DNA from: Botryllus schlosseri
Lineage: Eukaryota
Reading direction: 5' to 3'
Length of the DNA: 64,000 nt
NCBI GenBank assembly: GCA_051294905.1
Contig: CM119371.1
Span: 12,836,001 to 12,900,000 of the forward strand
Position 1 is the stretch's first letter. The number at the start of each line of letters is the position of its first letter. The notes beneath the pieces were generated by a model. The model worked only from the letters and a program-made list of their open reading frames with translations. It searched no databases and was not told the origin of the DNA. This document shows, piece by piece, positions 61,381 through 64,000 of the stretch. The translations under genes were made by a program, and so were the position numbers.

Positions 61381-61944
61381 TAAATGAATGTATAATGTGT
61401 ATACTTGTGATTCTTGTTGCGACTGTGAACAGCAGACTATTCTGTAGGTGCGAAACAGCGGTACGGAAGGTGCGAATAATCCGATCTGAAAGTCGTCGTG
61501 CTATTCAGGTTACGTAGGAATCAATAGCGAGGAAAGACTTAGAACACGATCGGTCATTTGTCGCGACTCAACTACGACGTCTTTAAGTAGCACCGCGATC
61601 CCTATACTGTAACGTTATCATGTCGCGTCTATATCAGCTACGTCACCGTGTCACCGCATCCATAAGAATAACGATATATCATTGTCGCACTCACCGTAAA
61701 CGTTGGGATTACTTCAAATTGGTCATATATAATAATTTGAGGTATACACATTAACTAAGAGTCAATCACGTGACTATTTACTTGATACATATTCAACACC
61801 GTGCCGCCGCCGCCTATACCCACAACGTTAGTCAAATCATCTCTAGCTGAAAGGTCACCATGTCACCGCGACTATACCTGAAAAGGTAACCATGCCACCA
61901 CGAGTTTTCACGACACCGTGCCGCCGCAGCCGGTAACCATGCGA

Positions 61945-62275
61945 CCCCCGCCATAAGACACAATGGCACCGTGCCACCCCCGCCATAAGAGATAAGGGTT
62001 GCCGTGCCACCCCCGGTTTCCCAGCCGCTTGCGACCTCCGCCATAAGAAATAAGAGCCGCTCGCCACCCCGCCATAAGACAAAAGAGCCGCTCGCCACCC
62101 CCGCTTTCCCAGCCGCTTGCGACCTCCGCCATAAGAAATAAGAGCCGCTCACCACCCCCGCCATAAGACACAATAGCCGCTCGCCACCCCGCCATAAGGT
62201 ATAAGGAGCCGCTCGCCACCCCCGGTTTTCTAGCCGCTCGCGACCCCGCCATAAGAACCCCATAGCCGCGTGCGA
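61945..62275. repeat. GC-rich CCGCCATAAG tandem repeat array
   Basis: ~30-bp units CCGCCATAAG...AGCCGCTCGCCACCCC immediately inside the ACTACT end. Confidence 0.85.
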
Positions 62276-62859
62276 CCGATCTACTATACTACTGGGGTAG
62301 AGGCATGCATTTCAAAATCAAGCTATCTAGAGCAGTGGTTCTCAACTGGGGTTCCGCGGGCCCCGAGAAGCATTTTAAGGGGTCCGCGAAAGCTCCCAAT
62401 ATACAAAAGGTTGATAACCGAACTTGTATTATTTTTAATTTAGAGAAATCACGAAGCACTTTCGCTTTATAACTGGTAAAATGTCAAGGGCTCACAGAAA
62501 CAGAATGGCGGCGAAATGAAATATTCTACAAGGACGAGGCCATACGTTATATTGGTGCCATAGATGTTGCGATCATGCCTAAAGGTGTCGTCGGAGGCGC
62601 TACGCGTTATTATTACATCCGCCACCACCTATATAGGATATAGATATATCTTTTTGGAAATGGATTTTCAGCACTCGTTCTGTCGTTCATATCAAATCAA
62701 CGGCGCGTATTTTCAAGACACGGCCGCGGACCTGGCAAGAATGCAAATCTTTGGGTACGATAAACTGTCCCCTATACAGTTGAGCAGTGGGTACATTATG
62801 ACGTAACAAGCAAATGGCGCATCTTTTATAGAGTTGTTATTTCTTTAGGCCTGTTCATC

Positions 62860-63860
62860 GCAATCCTTTGTCTTCCAATATACTATATCTTCTAAAATCA
62901 GTTCTAAGAAACAAAAAAAAGGTAATCGTGAGTAATCGTGATTACTTTTGCAAAGTAGTCGTAATCGTAATCGACTACTTCCTGATATTGCTGTAATCGT
63001 AATCGTAATCGTAATCGCGTGATTCAGAAGTAATCGTAATCGCAATCGATTACATTCATGAAGTAATCACCCCATGTCTGTCAGACATGGGGTAATCGTG
63101 ATTAGTAATCGTAATCGATTACGACGATTACAGCATTTTCAAGTAATTGTAATCGCAATCGATTACATTCGATAAAATTCCGAAGTAATCGTAATCGTAA
63201 TCGCAATCGATTACATTCGATAAAATTCCGAAGTAATCGTAATCGTAATCGACTACTTCCCATATCTAATCGATTTCTCTGTGAAAGAACGATTACTTTT
63301 TATTTGTACAAGGACTATGACATGACATGAACTGAACATTCGTTAACAAGGAAAAGATGTTATACAAGGTTCGTGACAGCACCAACGTCTGATTTTCAAA
63401 CGCCACTGCTCATTGTTACGTAATAAGCCGCCTATTAGCTTTGCGCGTCATTGTGTAAGAAGAGAAGTATTCACAGTAAATAGATATTCGATGTACCTAC
63501 GTCGTCCATTAGTCTGATTGTAATAACACCCGCCGTGCTGTATATCAGGTTATCAACGCGTTCCACACGCCACTACCTCGCAGCAGTATAATTTATCTCG
63601 GCTCTGCCTGTAGTTTAAAATAGTAACTTATGTGTTGATGTTTGGTTATGCTTATGTTTAGTTAAACACAGTTTGACCGTTGCTGCTTTGCGAGCCTTAG
63701 GCCTATCCAGTACCTACGCACACCGGACAAAGATTTGAAATTTTGTACTCGTCAAATAAAACATTGCGGTTTCCACAACGACGCAGTAAAAATCAACAGC
63801 TGGTGATATATATCATCAGCGAGCCGTTTTGCCATTTCTCGTAACGGCAGCTTGCATTAC
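62860..63860 (-). mobile_element. GATTAC-family element ends joined TIR-to-TIR
   Basis: CCCCATGTCTG-T-CAGACATGGGG at 63070-63092; the flanks match the left and right ends of 19561-21828. Confidence 0.8.
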
Positions 63861-64000
63861 AACAGTGGTTCCCAACGTGGGCGATATCGCCCCCCAGGGG
63901 GCGATTTGGCGTTCTGGGGGGGCGAAAATGACGAAGGGGGCAACAGGGGGGCGAAAATGGACAAAGGGGGCGATAGGGGGGCGATGACGCGTAACAATGG

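Larger units (their letters stand above)
55900..62293 (+). mobile_element. Decayed second Polinton (different family); left boundary uncertain
   Basis: Adenain C-terminus at 61201-61380; pPolB-like relic ENLFAQLDDVDIV near 57390; GC-rich subterminal repeats; terminal ACTACT at 62288-62293. Confidence 0.6.

Noticed and set aside
61832..62263. Overlapping G/A/R-rich ORFs
   Set aside because: Translation products of the GC-rich tandem array.

Overview
AT-rich, intron-containing, transposon-dense eukaryotic DNA, probably from an animal; the taxon cannot be assigned from the sequence. The centrepiece is a full-length 16,378-bp Polinton/Maverick (adintovirus-like) endogenous virus at 22135-38512. 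It has AGTAGT...ACTACT termini, ~337-bp TIRs and a 6-bp TSD (TGCGAT). It encodes pPolB, an A32-like packaging ATPase, a chromo-integrase, three tandem minor-capsid paralogues, a major capsid protein and an adenain protease. It also carries unusual cargo: a divergently transcribed tandem-OB-fold (RPA/SSB-like) gene and a micro-intron-rich orphan region. The virus lies in one ~19.4-kb intron of a minus-strand host LDL-receptor class A repeat gene, an intron that splits one LDLa module. The rest of the window holds a non-autonomous tRNA-Trp-primed LTR element, a nested stack (ISL2EU/Harbinger-like element > Gypsy > Copia > hAT MITEs and a 1.6-kb foldback), many hAT-type MITEs with 8-bp TSDs, a LINE fragment and a decayed second Polinton (~55.9-62.3 kb). 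All protein-family calls come from motif recognition by eye, not from database searches.
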